From NCBI RefSeq assembly GCF_048593235.1, contig NC_133619.1:638578558-638642557 (forward strand): a DNA stretch of 64,000 nucleotides, given 5' to 3'. The notes beneath the pieces are model-generated. The model was not told the origin of the DNA and searched no databases. It saw nothing but the letters and a program-made list of their open reading frames with translations. The translations under genes and the position numbers were made by a program. Numbering within the stretch: the stretch's first letter is position 1; each line of letters begins with the position of its first letter. This stretch comes from Sminthopsis crassicaudata (Eukaryota). Below, one piece after another: positions 17,331 through 29,126 of the stretch.

Positions 17331-18285
17331 CGGGACCACGTCTAACAGGCTCTCTTCCCTTCTCATGAAATGTTTCAGCAGGGAAAAGGGAAACAGAGAA
17401 CCCGGGTGCCATATTGAGTGTGGCAAGTGAGGGGGGCGGGGGGGGAGTGTTGGCGTGCGGCCATGTTGAGTGTGTAGCCCGGCTTTCTTCTCATTATTCC
17501 AAATAAACAAGAAAACCCAAGCCTCCCACTTATGGTAAAACCACATCCTTCCCGTATGGCACCTGCCAGCCCTCCTGGAAACCACCTCCTCCTCCGCGCA
17601 GCCGCAGAGCCGGAAACCCAATCAGTCCTGCTGACTACCTACTGTGTGCCTCTGGCAACGCCAGACCACTGTGGGCCTGCTAGACCCCGGAGCAGCGAGC
17701 TCAGAAATAAAGCTGGGCCGGCGCCTGAGGCGGGAAACGGCGAATCCCAGAGGGAAATCTATGGGCCCGTTTTGTTTTTCTAATCAGCCAGCATGCATTT
17801 AAATGTCTGCGTTCCCATCAATTAAGTGTCTAATGTGTTCTCATGGGTGTATTAAGGGTCTCCTAAGAAAGGCCCGAAGGTTACAAGAACAAAACTCGCA
17901 GTCGGGGTTTTAACAGGCCGTTTGCCCTCGAGGACCTTACGTTGGGGGGGGGAGGGGGCTGCAGAGAGGCGTTGACGGAGGGAGGGATACGTAGTGTCTG
18001 GCTGGGGATGGAGGGATGGATGGAAGAAGAGAGAGAAGTGCTTGGACGGAAGGGCGTAGGGGCGAGAGTTAAATGTGGATGGATAAGCAGAGAGGTCACA
18101 GATATAAATAGGGGGGGCTGAATAGATTAGATAAATATAAATACAGAGAAGTGATATCAGTAGATAAAGAGATGTGTAGGTGAGGATGGAGAAATTCATT
18201 AGATGGATGAAGGTCACCTCCGTGAGAAGGCACTTCTGGGCATTTAATTGAAAGAGAGTGGCCTGAGGTCATCTCAGGCTGGGAT

Positions 18286-18423
18286 CTCTTTTTTTGTGAG
18301 GTAATTGAGGTTAAGTGACCTGCCCAGGGTAACATAGCCAGGAAGTGTGAAGTGTCTGAGGCAGGATTCGAACTCAGGTCCTCCCGACTTCAGGGCTGGG
18401 GCTCTATCCACTGCACCACGTAG
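18286..18423 (-). mobile_element. WSINE1-type tRNA-derived CORE-SINE
   Basis: poly-T tail followed by gaggttaagtgacctgcccaggg...tgtctgaggcaggattcgaactcaggtcctcc...ctctatccactgcaccac. Confidence 0.8.
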
Positions 18424-18591
18424 GGATCACTTAAGAGTCCAGCAAAAAAGGAAGGAAAGGCTGGCAGCTGTTGGAGAAAGACATGCGGACGATGGGGGAG
18501 GAGCAGCTGGCAGACCCAGCCAGTGAGTCTAGGAGGTGTGAGCTTCCTGAGGCTGGCTATGGCGAAGATCATTAGATCCCAAATCTCTTGG

Positions 18592-18891
18592 TGTAAGGAC
18601 CCCGTTAGTACCTGGATACCTTAGAGTCAGCCAGAGTCAGGAGCAGCAAAAGTCTTTATTCCTGTCTTTGGGGCCCCAGTCCGCTATTAGGTTTGGAATC
18701 TCCACTCCTCCTTCCTCTCTCTCCTCAGCCAAAGAATGATCCCGCAGGGTCCGACTCCAGCCTTCCCTGTATCCACCCACAGATGGAGCCCGGGCAGGGT
18801 GGTGGGCGGGGCTTTCTCCAGGCACGTGCTAATAGAGTATTGTCCTATGGTAGTTAGTCTCAAGTACTTGGACCCAGGACATCTCCCCCTT
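18592..18891 (-). mobile_element. 3' LTR of element A
   Basis: tgtaaggacc...ccaggaca; AATAAA (minus) at 18655-18660; PPT at 18892-18909. Confidence 0.9.
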
Positions 18892-18924
18892 TCTTTTGTT
18901 TTAGAACACAGGTGGTCATACCCT

Positions 18925-20300
18925 CCCTGAGTCCTCAGGGAGGTGAGAACCCCAAAAAGGAGGTAATCACACCCTCTCTGACTCCTCAGGAAGAGGTGAG
19001 AACCCCAAAAAGGAGGTAATCACACCCTCTCTGACTCCTCAGGAAGAGGTGAGAACCTCAAAAAGGAGGTGATCACACCCTCTCTGACTCCTCAGGAAGA
19101 GAGGTGAGAATCCCAAAAAGGAGGTGATCACACCCTCTCTGACTCCTCAGGAAGAGAGGTGAGAATCCCAAAAAGGAGGTAATCACACCCTCTCTGACTC
19201 CTCAGGAAGAGAGGTGAGAATCCCAAAAAGGAGGTGATCACACACCCCCACTCCTCAAGAAGAGAGGTGAGAACCCCAAAAAGGAGGTGATCACACCCTC
19301 CCTGACTCCTCAGGAAGAGGTGAGAACCCCCAAAAGGAGGTGATCACACCCTCCCTGACTCCTCAGGAAGAGGTGAGAACCCCCAAAAGGAGGTGATCAC
19401 ACCCTCCCTGACTCCTCAGGAAGAGAGGTGAGAATCCCAAAAAGGCGGTGATCACACACCCCCACTCCTCAGGAAGAGAGGTGAGAACCCCAAAAAGGAG
19501 GTGATCACACACCCCCTGACGTCTCAGGAAGAGAGGTGAGAACCCCAAAAAGGAGGTGATCACACCCCCCCTGACTTCTCAGGAAGAGAGGTGAGAACCC
19601 CAAAAAGGAGGTGATCACACCACCCCCACTCCTCAGGAAGAGAGGTGAGAATCCCAAAAAGGAGGTGATCACACCACCCCCACTCCTCAGGAAGAGAGGT
19701 GAGAACCCCCAAAAGGAGGTGATCACACCCTCCCTGACTCCTCAGGAAGAGGTGAGAACCCCCAAAAGGAGGTGATCACACCCTCCCTGACTCCTCAGGA
19801 AGAGGTGAGAACCCCCAAAAGGAGGTGATCACACCCTCCCTGACTCCTCAGGAAGAGAGGTGAGAATCCCAAAAAGGAGGTGATCACACCCTCCCTGACT
19901 CCTCAGGAAGAGAGGTGAGAACCCCCAAAAGGAGGTGATCACACCACCCCCACTCCTCAGGAAGAGAGGTGAGAATCCCAAAAAGGAGGTGATCACACCA
20001 CCCCCACTCCTCAGGAAGAGAGGTGAGAATCCCAAAAAGGAGGTGATCATACACCCCCACTCCTCAGGAAGAGAGGTGAGAACCCCCAAAAGGAGGTGAT
20101 CACACCCTCCCTGACTCCTCAGGAAGAGGTGAGAACCCCCAAAAGGAGGTGATCACACCCTCCCTGACTCCTCAGGAAGAGGTGAGAACCCCCAAAAGGA
20201 GGTGATCACACCCTCCCTGACTCCTCAGGAAGAGAGGTGAGAATCCCAAAAAGGAGGTGATCACACCCTCCCTGACTCCTCAGGAAGAGGTGAGAAGCAC
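18925..20300. repeat. ~42-44-bp VNTR (~32 units) between env remnant and PPT of element A
   Basis: Unit AGGAGGTGATCACACCCTCCCTGACTCCTCAGGAAGA(GA)GGTGAGAACCCCCAAA with a few interleaved variants. Confidence 0.95.
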
Positions 20301-21310
20301 CAAAGGGAAGTGGGGACTGTTAGCAGGTTTCTGGGCTGGGGGGTCTTATTAGAGACAGGTATGCACAAACCCATCAGCATGGGAGTTATTACACAAGCAC
20401 ATAGAATAAATCACAGGCTTGGACTCTCCCCACAGTCAGTGCAGGCTCCATGTGGTGTAACAAACAGGAATTGTACATGCAAGTAGTGATATAACAAATC
20501 AACATGGTCTTGTAAGAGATTTCCAGAAGTCCTAGAAGGAGGGTATATAAGCATCAGTCACACATACGCCTTCTTCAGCAGTCAAGAGATCATCCAGAAG
20601 CAATCTATTGTCCATTGCTTCACGTGTCAGGGAATCCAATGATCCCTGCAGATTTTGAAGTCCTGCAACAGTCTTTTCATGTCTCAGCGAATCCAATAAT
20701 TCCTTAAGGGTTTTTAAGTCCAACAATTTTTGATGTCCATGAGCCAAACACCATAACAGCCAGGCTCTTTCAGTGGTGGGCACAGTCAGCAACGGAACCA
20801 CCCGATGTTTCTTGGATCTTCTTCAAGGGTCTGCTCTGTCTCTCTCGGAAGGACAAGGAAAATATGGCTCACTGGCACCCATCTGATTCCTTCTCCATCT
20901 GTGGAGATACAAGCAAACCCTCTCCCCCAAGCAGTTAACCTATCTGGTCCCTTCCATTCACCACTTTCTGGATCTCTCCACATGACCTGGTGATTATCTA
21001 AGGACAGTGGAGCTGCTCCCACTGGACACTGTCCTTCCAGTGGGTTATAAAACCTGTCTGCGGGAGCCAGTGCATCTTTGTCAAAGATTAAGAAGTTAAT
21101 ATTATAAAGGGATAGATTTAGAAGTTACTCGTGGTTCTCCCTTTTGTTTTTTCAGGAGCGTCTTAATCTGTTTCTCCTCTCTACTATTGCCTGTCTTTGA
21201 AGATTAAAAAGTATGCCAGTAATGTGTAAAATCTTATACTGAGTGCAAAAGTGTGCAAAATGTTTAGAAATACATGCAGGTCATGTTAGAGTTTATTTAC
21301 TCTCCCTAAC
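20300..21310 (-). pseudogene. Element A integrase core/C-terminus and truncated env TM remnant
   Basis: IN: degenerate KTDN..AY, HITG..FN.QRQAIVERRN, WKGPDRLTAWGRGFACI; env: SLTREAMDNRLLLDDLLTAEEGVCV (ISD-like); stops and frameshifts. Confidence 0.8.
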
Positions 21311-21779
21311 TAATGCCAATCTGTCCTTATTCCTAGGCCTATCAGAGAAAATCTGGTAAAGATAATATCAATAATAATATCAATCTCACCTCTGTTTTGA
21401 GGTCCTCAGAATCTTCCGGCTACTATCTCAAAGAAAGTAGTTGAAGCATAACAGAGCACCTTATGATGATGAGCAGCAACCTTAAACTTTATTCCCGTAA
21501 ATCACATCTGCTCTATGACCTCCTGCACATACCTTAGTAGCAACCTCCCAGTCCAGTCCCCAGGGGGTAAGAGGAAAGAGAAAAAGTCAGAGAAAAGGGA
21601 AAAAAAGGGAAAGGCACTTCTTGTTCCAAGCTTAAATAGGGTTAATGAGGTCACAGACACAAGCCAATCAATGATGAAGGCTGCATTCCAAACTTGACCA
21701 AGACTTCAGAGCAAGATGTAGGTTTTAGCCATGGGTGAAGTTCCCACCTATGAAGGAAGTCCCTAAGTACTCAACTCTT

Positions 21780-23026
21780 TTTTTTTTTATTATTTTTTAT
21801 TTTTTTTTATTAATTTTTATAATTATAACATTTTCTTTGACAGTACATATGCATAGGTAATTTTTTTTTTTTTTACAACATTATCCGTTGTACTCCTTTC
21901 TGTTCCGAAATTTTCCCCTCCTTCCCTCTACCCCCTCCCCTAGATGGCAGGCATTCCCATACATATTAAATATCTTATAGTATATCCTAGGTACAATATA
22001 TATATGTGCAGAACCGAATTTCGTTATTGTTGTTGCAAAGGAAGGATTGTATTCAGAAGGTAAAAATAATCTGGGAAGAAAAACAAAACAAAACAAAAAA
22101 AACACAATGCTCACAGTTTACACTCATTTCCCAGTGTTCCTTCTCTGGGTGTAGCTGATTCTGTCCATCATTGATCAATTGGAATTGGATTAGCTCTTCT
22201 CTTTGTTAAGATATCCACTTCCATCAGAATACATCCTCACACAGTATCATTGTTGAAATGTATAATGATATCCTGGTTCTGCTCATTTCACTCAGCATCA
22301 GTTGGTGTCTCTCCAAGCCTCTCTGTATTCCTCCTGTTTGTCATTTCTTACTGAACAATAATATTCCATAACATTCATATACCATAATTTACTCAACCAT
22401 TCTCCAATTGATGGGCATGCATTCATTTATAAAAAGGGCTGCCACAAACATTTTGGCACACACAGGTCCCTTTCCCTTTTTTAGTATTTCCTTGGGAGAT
22501 AAGCCCAGTAATAGCACTGCTGGATCAAAGGATCTTAATTTGCATTTCTCTTATCAATAGTGATTTGGAACACTCTTTCATATGAGTGGAAATAGTTTTA
22601 ATTTCATCATCTGAAAATTGTCTGTTCATATCCTTTGACCATTTATCAATTGGAGAATGGCTTGATTTCTTATAAATTAAAGTCAATTCTCTGTATATTT
22701 TGGAGATGAGGCCTTTATCAGAACCTTTAACTGTAAAAATGTTTTCCCAATTTGTTACTTCCCTTCTAATCTTGTTTGCATTAGTTTTGTTTGTGCAGAA
22801 ACTTTTTAGTTTGATGTAATCAAAATTTTCTATTTTGTGATCAATAATGGTCTCTAGTTCTCCCTTGGACACAAACTCCTTACTCCTCCACAAGTCTGAG
22901 AGGTAAACCATCCCCTGTTCCTCCAATTTATTTATGATTTCGTTCTTTATGCCTAAATCATGGACCCATTTTGATCTTATCTTAGTATGTGGTGTTAAAT
23001 GTGGGTCCATGCCTAGTTTCTACCAC
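21780..23026 (-). mobile_element. 5'-truncated L1 with internal deletion, inserted in the ERV
   Basis: poly-T at 21778; ORF2 C-terminal peptide MDPHLTPHTKIRSKW...KLKSFCT...LIREMQIK; 14-bp TSD AGTACTCAACTCTT at 21766-21779 and 23027-23040. Confidence 0.95.
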
Positions 23027-24048
23027 AGTACTCAACTCTTAAGCACGTACAGGGATAAAGACCATTGGTCCACATACATCTCAATTGCGCTTTCCTAACC
23101 TTTCTTTGGAACCTTGCAAATCCCCTTTCTTTCAAAGTGGGGACCACTCATCTCATGTCAAGCTACTCAGCATCAGCTATAGTTTGTTTGATCAACGAGA
23201 TCATGCTCAAGGAGGCAGGAAGCAACACCACTAACCTACTCAACAGAGACATGTCCAAGGAGAGAAGATATCAAGGAGGCAGGATGTCAATGAGAGAAGA
23301 TGTCACCATGATAGGATGTTACAATTATGCACAGTACTGACATCTAGTACAATTGTCACAATTCCAGTTCACAATTTTACTTTGTCACAATTCTGGTGCA
23401 CTTACATATATGACACTTGTCACAATTCTAGATCAATTCTAGTTTCACAGATAAAGGTGCACATAAGCAAAATCATGTCCAGAAGCATTATCTCAATAAG
23501 CAGCTGGGTGTGTTGGTTTTTCACCCCCTAATTTAAAAGCATAGTCCTTCCATAGAAAGCATAGGGCAAAGCCTCTCCCTAGGCCACCATATGGCAAGTA
23601 GCCACGGGAGAAGCAAGCAGGCCCATTGTCCAATTGCAGTCTTTATATTGCACAGAAGTATGACAATGAGACTTAGGCTCGACAGTGGCCAAGTGGTCAA
23701 CCCATTCATTAAAGTCATACTCATGGAGATTTAGTCTTTATATTGCATATCACTCAAGACAGTCCATTTCAGCTGCTACAATGGAGCTGTGTCTGCTGTC
23801 TCTGGTGTCACGGTCAGGAGGGACATGGCTGCCATCAGCGTCTGGAGGGCTGCGGACATCTGGCTGGTCCCTCTGGGCTGTTGTCTGGTCCTTCTCATGG
23901 ATCCCCAGGTCACAAATGTCTGTGGTGGGGATCAATTCCTCTGCTGTTGAATCTGCACCTAGAAGGAAAGGAATGTACCCGGGGGCCCCAAACTTTGACC
24001 CAACCTGGGTCTTTCCAAATGCCATCCAGGCCTCTCCACATCACTGTG

Positions 24049-24622
24049 TGTAACGTGCTCTCCTGGCAGTTACAATTACTAGTCTGTCCTAGACCCACCA
24101 GAGTACCTTTGACCACTGTCCTTTGCAGTGTGAGCTCTACCCGGCTCGCCTCCTCTGAGGCCTTCTAAGGTCTCTGGCCACAATCTCTTGAATCTATTGC
24201 TTAGTAACCGGTAGCGCACTCAAGAACAACCACATGTAATCTTAAAAGCCTTTATTATACCTACTCACATAATGCCCTAACTGATGCCCTGACTTGTTGG
24301 TTCCCTGGTGAACACCTGGTCAGAAGACCCATGTGTTCACTACCAAAACCCTTACCTCTTTTGGCTACCCATCTTGGCTTGGCCACCCAGCTGGGGAGCC
24401 AGGGTGAACAGCAGGAGGTTAAAGAGGGCGGTTGCTGCCTGCAGTGGGCTTATATAGGGCCTGTGAGGTCACACACACAGCCAATCAGCGAGAGAGTCAC
24501 CCATTACAAAACTATCTCAATATGGCCAGGATCCCGCCCAAGGGCAGTCCTAATATCCACAGAAATTACTTCTGGGCCTCAATCCCGATGCACTGTGTCC
24601 GCCCATTTAAAGGGCCCTTACA
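24049..24622 (-). mobile_element. Solo LTR of B family (LTR-B3) inserted into B'
   Basis: tgtaacgtgc...cccttaca; 6-bp TSD ACTGTG (24043-24048, 24623-24628); empty site present in the paralog at ~31271. Confidence 0.92.
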
Positions 24623-25962
24623 ACTGTGGAAGGAAAGTTCTTTTCAAAAAGACAAACAAAAGTCAGACAAAATCAAAGTTTGAGTTACTGACTTGTACTT
24701 CAGGAGTGTGAATCAATACATCTGATGTTACTTCTCCTCCTGGGTCAAAAGTCAGACAAAAGTCAGTCAGTCTGTGACTTAGCTGCACTTTCTGTGTATG
24801 CCCAAAGTGCATTGCTAAAGTAAAATCCAAAGAATTAAAAAATGTAAAAATAAAATCATTTAAAAATGTAAAACCAAAATAACTTTAAAATATAAAATCA
24901 AAATAATTTAGGAATATAAAATCAAAATTTTAAAATTGCAAACAATCACATATATGAATTGCCACATCTTGTGCATATCCCAAAATTCCCTTCTCTTGTT
25001 TAGAAGAGAACATCTTGGGGATATAAATAGTCTGTCCAGTAATGACTTGACTGGCAGGAAGAAATGCCAATGGAATGGGCAAAGTCCAATTCAATGCAAA
25101 AACATCTAAAGGCAAAATATTTATAAGCCAATCCATAACCTGTCTTAAATGCATGTGAAATTCCTACAATGGAAAAATGGTTGATCACATGTCTAGCTGC
25201 TTCTCCAGATTGGAATGAAGCCATAATGTCCATTGGTCTTAAAACATTAAATTTCAAACCATAAGGCTTTTGTCCTATAGGGAGCTTAGGAGAGTGAAAA
25301 GAAAGATAAGCTGTGTAGCCTTTTGCCAGGCTCCTAGCTTCCTCTTTAGTTATCACAATTTGCAAATATAAGACTCTAGCAGGCTGATTATAAAAGATAT
25401 GATTTGAAAGTCCACTCTGAAAATGGACATGTAGGATATCATCTTTACCTGAGTGCTCTCTCACTTGCTCTCGAAGTTCTTTAGAGAGCTGATAATATAT
25501 ATTTAAAACTACAAATCTTATTTGAGCTGTGGCAATTCTTTGTACCACATCTATTGAATAAGCCAATTAAAATTTATTCTTACATACCCACGTGCAAAGC
25601 TTACAGCTGTAGCCAATACATTTTTTCCACTCTGGGATGGTTTCACAACACACATCAATTTGGGTATTGATATGAGAGATATTTCTTTTACCAGGTCTTG
25701 TCCCAGATCATTTTTAAAATTTTTTTAATTAAATTTTAAATTAAAAAAGCTATTTTTAAAATTTTTACCACAAGCACTGGGTAAAATTTAAATTTTTTAT
25801 CTGATTGTGCTGGAAAGTTCACCCACTTCATACTGTCTCCTTGGTGAAGGACTGCTATGAGTGCCCTTTTTGTAACCAAATTTGATATTTCCAATGCTTT
25901 TTTAGTTATTTTTTCAGCCATATTAGATAAAGCCAATTCAATCTCTCTTAGAGCCTCTAGTC

Positions 25963-26159
25963 CAGTGGTCCTCAAACTTTTTAAATAGGGGGCCCGTTCA
26001 CTGTCCCTCAGACTGCGGGAGGGCCGGACTATAGTAAAAACAAAAGCTCACACTCTGTCTCCGCCCCTCAGCCCATTTGCCATAACCCAGCAGGCCTGGC
26101 CATATAAACTTCCTCAATGGGCAGCATCTGGCCTGAGGGCTGTAGTTTGAGAACCCCTG
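25963..26159. mobile_element. hAT (Charlie/OC1-like) MITE, copy 1
   Basis: 16-bp TIRs CAGTGGTCCTCAAACT / AGTTTGAGAACCCCTG; 8-bp flanks CTCTAGTC/CTCTAGAG (NTCTAGAN target typical of Charlie elements). Confidence 0.85.
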
Positions 26160-27434
26160 CTCTAGAGCATCCTTTTAAAGGTGGTATTGTGAGTCTAAGG
26201 CACTGCTTCCTCTTAAAGGCAATACCACCTTAACTCTTGGAGATACTTCTCTCACAGGAGCAAGGTCAGCAGCCACACATCTTTGACACAAAGTAGGGCT
26301 GTTCTTTATGCCATATGGCAAGGCCGTCCATTCAAATCCTCTATAAAACTCAGCTGAATTAATGCTGGGCACTGAAAAGATAAATTCCTTCATATCCTCC
26401 TTATCTAGAGAAATATAATTTTTTATCCTAAAAGACCATTCCTCAGGCAATTGAGGAGATGGAAGCCCAAGCTGAAGAGCTTCCACTGTCTTCATGTGTT
26501 CATTTATTTTTCTTGGATCAATAAATATTCTCCATTCCTCAAACTTAACAAATTGAGGGGAAGCTTAGAGAAGCTTGTAAATGTCCTTGATTAAGTCTTT
26601 TCTGTCCTGTGCTTAATGAAATTTGAATTTTTTCACTTTTTAAGAAGTCTCTTCCCTATTGGTCAATAGAAGCCCTTTCCACTGGAAAATAAATAAGTTT
26701 TACTCTTTTAAATTTAAATTTCCATTCCAAGAGGTAGCACTAATTTTAACTACTATAGATCCTTTTATACCTGACACATAGGTATTTGCTGATTTTTAAC
26801 CAATTACCAGTCCAGCTGGCACATCTAATAGCTACATTACTTACATCTGTGTCTACCAACCTTTTCAATGGTCTGCCATTCATACAGTTAATGAAAAAAG
26901 GACACTGGGCTATGAAAGCTTCAGTCCATGATATCCCTTGAATTCTTTGGCCTAAAATCAAAGTTTGAGTTACTGACTTGTACTTCAGGAGTGTGAATCA
27001 ATACATCTGATGTGACTTCTCCTCCTGGGTCAAAGATCACACACTATCTATTCTAGTGATTAAAACAGCAATTTTCCAAACTTCTAAAAATAAATACTCG
27101 TAGGGGGTTGGGCAATTAACCCAACCTGTGGAAGTGAAAAATCCACAAGGTAAGAAAAAGGGAATTCCAACTCTCCAAGAACTATCCTAGAAGTTTTATT
27201 GGTATAAAACTCCACTCTCTCTAACTGAGCTGTATTTTTAAATTTTTTCTGAAGATTATAGCAATTACTGGACTCAGGACACCACAAATCTTTTTTGGCT
27301 GGGGCCCTAAAGCCTACTTTCTTAGCTGTTACTATTTGAATTTGAATCAGCCATTCAGGAGCCCAATCAATTTTTCCTGAGTCAATCCCTCTTAAGAATG
27401 GCTTGTTTTCTATATAAATAGTACACATGGGTTT

Positions 27435-27652
27435 GTTGTACATAGGATTAAATACTAAAATACATGGAACCTGTGAACTTAAAGGGCGATCATCTAATCC
27501 CTAAAGCACTCCCATTACATTCTTTTGGTGAGGTGAATTTTACTCAGAGGATTGGGCAAGAAAAACCCATGTAATGGGAGTGCTTTAGGGATTAGATGAT
27601 CGCCCTTTAAGTTCACAGGTTCCATGTATTTTAATATCTTCCTATGTACAAC
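27435..27652. repeat. Inverted repeat: 65-bp perfect arms (27456-27520 / 27569-27633), ~85 bp including imperfect ends, 48-nt spacer
   Basis: Reverse complement checked base by base. Confidence 0.95.
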
Positions 27653-27919
27653 CATGGGTACATAATCTGAAAGTTTGATTCTAGCTCCTACCTTAGGTTG
27701 TACCTCAACACATGCAGTAGTCCATGGACTAATGTTAAAACCCTCAACTGCATTCACCAAATACTGTAAATATATCTCATCAAAGCTTGATCTTAATCTA
27801 TTTAATATATGTTTGGGGTCCTCAAGGGACCCCCATGCAAGTTTCCCTGAATCGAAGTCTTACTTTTCTTCCTGATCCTACAAAACTCTACCAGGTGGCC
27901 TATCTTGCCCCAAGCAAGG

Positions 27920-29126
27920 TCAAAGAATGCTTAATTGTAATGCTATCTGCTGTAAGATGTCTCTTCCCCACAGATTGATGGGTATTTTTTCAACTAGAAA
28001 AGGAATAAAAGCTCCTGTTTCACCTTCAAAAGCCCATCTCAAAGGCCTAGCACTAACTTCAGCTGCTATTGGTCCTTCTACCCCAGACACGTAGGTGTCT
28101 GCCTTAATCTTTGGCCAGTGACTGGGCCAGTTGGCATCTCTAATTTCTGTTCGATCTGCACTTGTGTCTCCCAGGCCTGCTAATGGTATGCCATTTATAT
28201 AGATGGTGGGCATAGGTCGGCCAGCTGTCATGGCTGCTGTCCAGTATATTCCTGGGTTCTGCTGCTTGGAGTCAGAATGTGGGTGACAACAGATTGTTTA
28301 TTGGGAGTCTGTATCAGTAAACCCTATGCTACTACTTCTCCTGGTTGATAAGTCACACATTGTCTGCCTGTATTAGTGACTGGGATATTAGCTACACATT
28401 CCCACATCAGGGTATGGATGGACACTGTTTTGTAGGCACTCTCAGGAGGTGAAATGGTCAAGCCTACTGTGCCTGGAGGCAAGGGATCCATAGGCTGGAG
28501 AGGAACAGATTTCACCTCTCCAGGGGGTATCTCAGTTGTCCCAGATGCATACAACTCTATCCTCCCCAATTGTAGTCCCTTTCTACCATCATGTTGCTTC
28601 CTGGCTGACTGATTGTGTAATCCCTTTCTCCCATCAGATGGCTTCCTGGCTGATTGGTCATGTCTGGGTATTGGACTTGTAGGCACTCTCTGGGTGTGGC
28701 ATGGGCTGCCATCATGCCCCAAGTGTTTTTGGCCTGGGGCCCTGGAGCTGGGCCCCTCATCCCGTTTCCCTGGATCAGTCTGCACTCTGAGGCCCAGTGG
28801 AAGTCTCTGTTGCATTTTGGACATGGGGTTTGGGGTCTTGTTCTCCCACCCTGTTTTCTCACTGTCTCTATGCCAACATTGAGCTTTCAGATGCCCTGCT
28901 TTACCACGTTGAAAACATTGATGAGTCTCTCTGGAAGTCCCTTGCCAAAAGGAACCCTGTCTTCCCATGTTGGGAATCTTGGGAAGTCTGCCTCATAGGC
29001 TGGCTATAAAAAGCATTTGTGCCCACTGTGGCACAATCTTATGATCTCCTCTAAAGGAGCATCCTTGCATAGTCCTACTATAATTCTTCTGCAAACCTCA
29101 TTAGCATTTTCTTTAGCAAGTTGCCT
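27920..29126 (-). pseudogene. Element A gag CA-C/NC, dUTPase and protease (disrupted)
   Basis: RQLAKENANEVC; knuckles CFQRGKAGHLKAQC and CPKCNRDFHWASEC; GGGAAAC frameshift site at 28764-28770; dUTPase-like IELYASGTTEIPPGE; protease LAGLGDTSAD...INLWGRDIL. Confidence 0.85.

Larger units (their letters stand above)
21310..27918 (-). mobile_element. LTR-less B-family internal segment (B') replacing most of element A pol
   Basis: Starts in an NC knuckle (GKIGHLVEFC) with GGGAAAC slippery site at 27841-27847; dUTPase/protease remnants; class II RT (ALQLGLPSP, FSVPSIN, LPYGIKNSPTLCQ); RNaseH/IN and env remnants; homologous to 30443-33990. Confidence 0.8.

Noticed and set aside
19363-20089. VNTR translations (PLFLRSQGGC) resembling the gamma-env ISD LLFLKEGGLC
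   Set aside because: Short, low-complexity similarity; frames break every few units; the true env remnant is at 20532-20801
18925-20300. CRISPR-like regular array
   Set aside because: No unique spacers, units are contiguous variants, and the context is mammalian with no cas genes; it is a VNTR
27920-28231. Intact retroviral protease
   Set aside because: Catalytic DTG is degraded (GDTSAD), and upstream gag and downstream pol are disrupted; no element here is coding-competent
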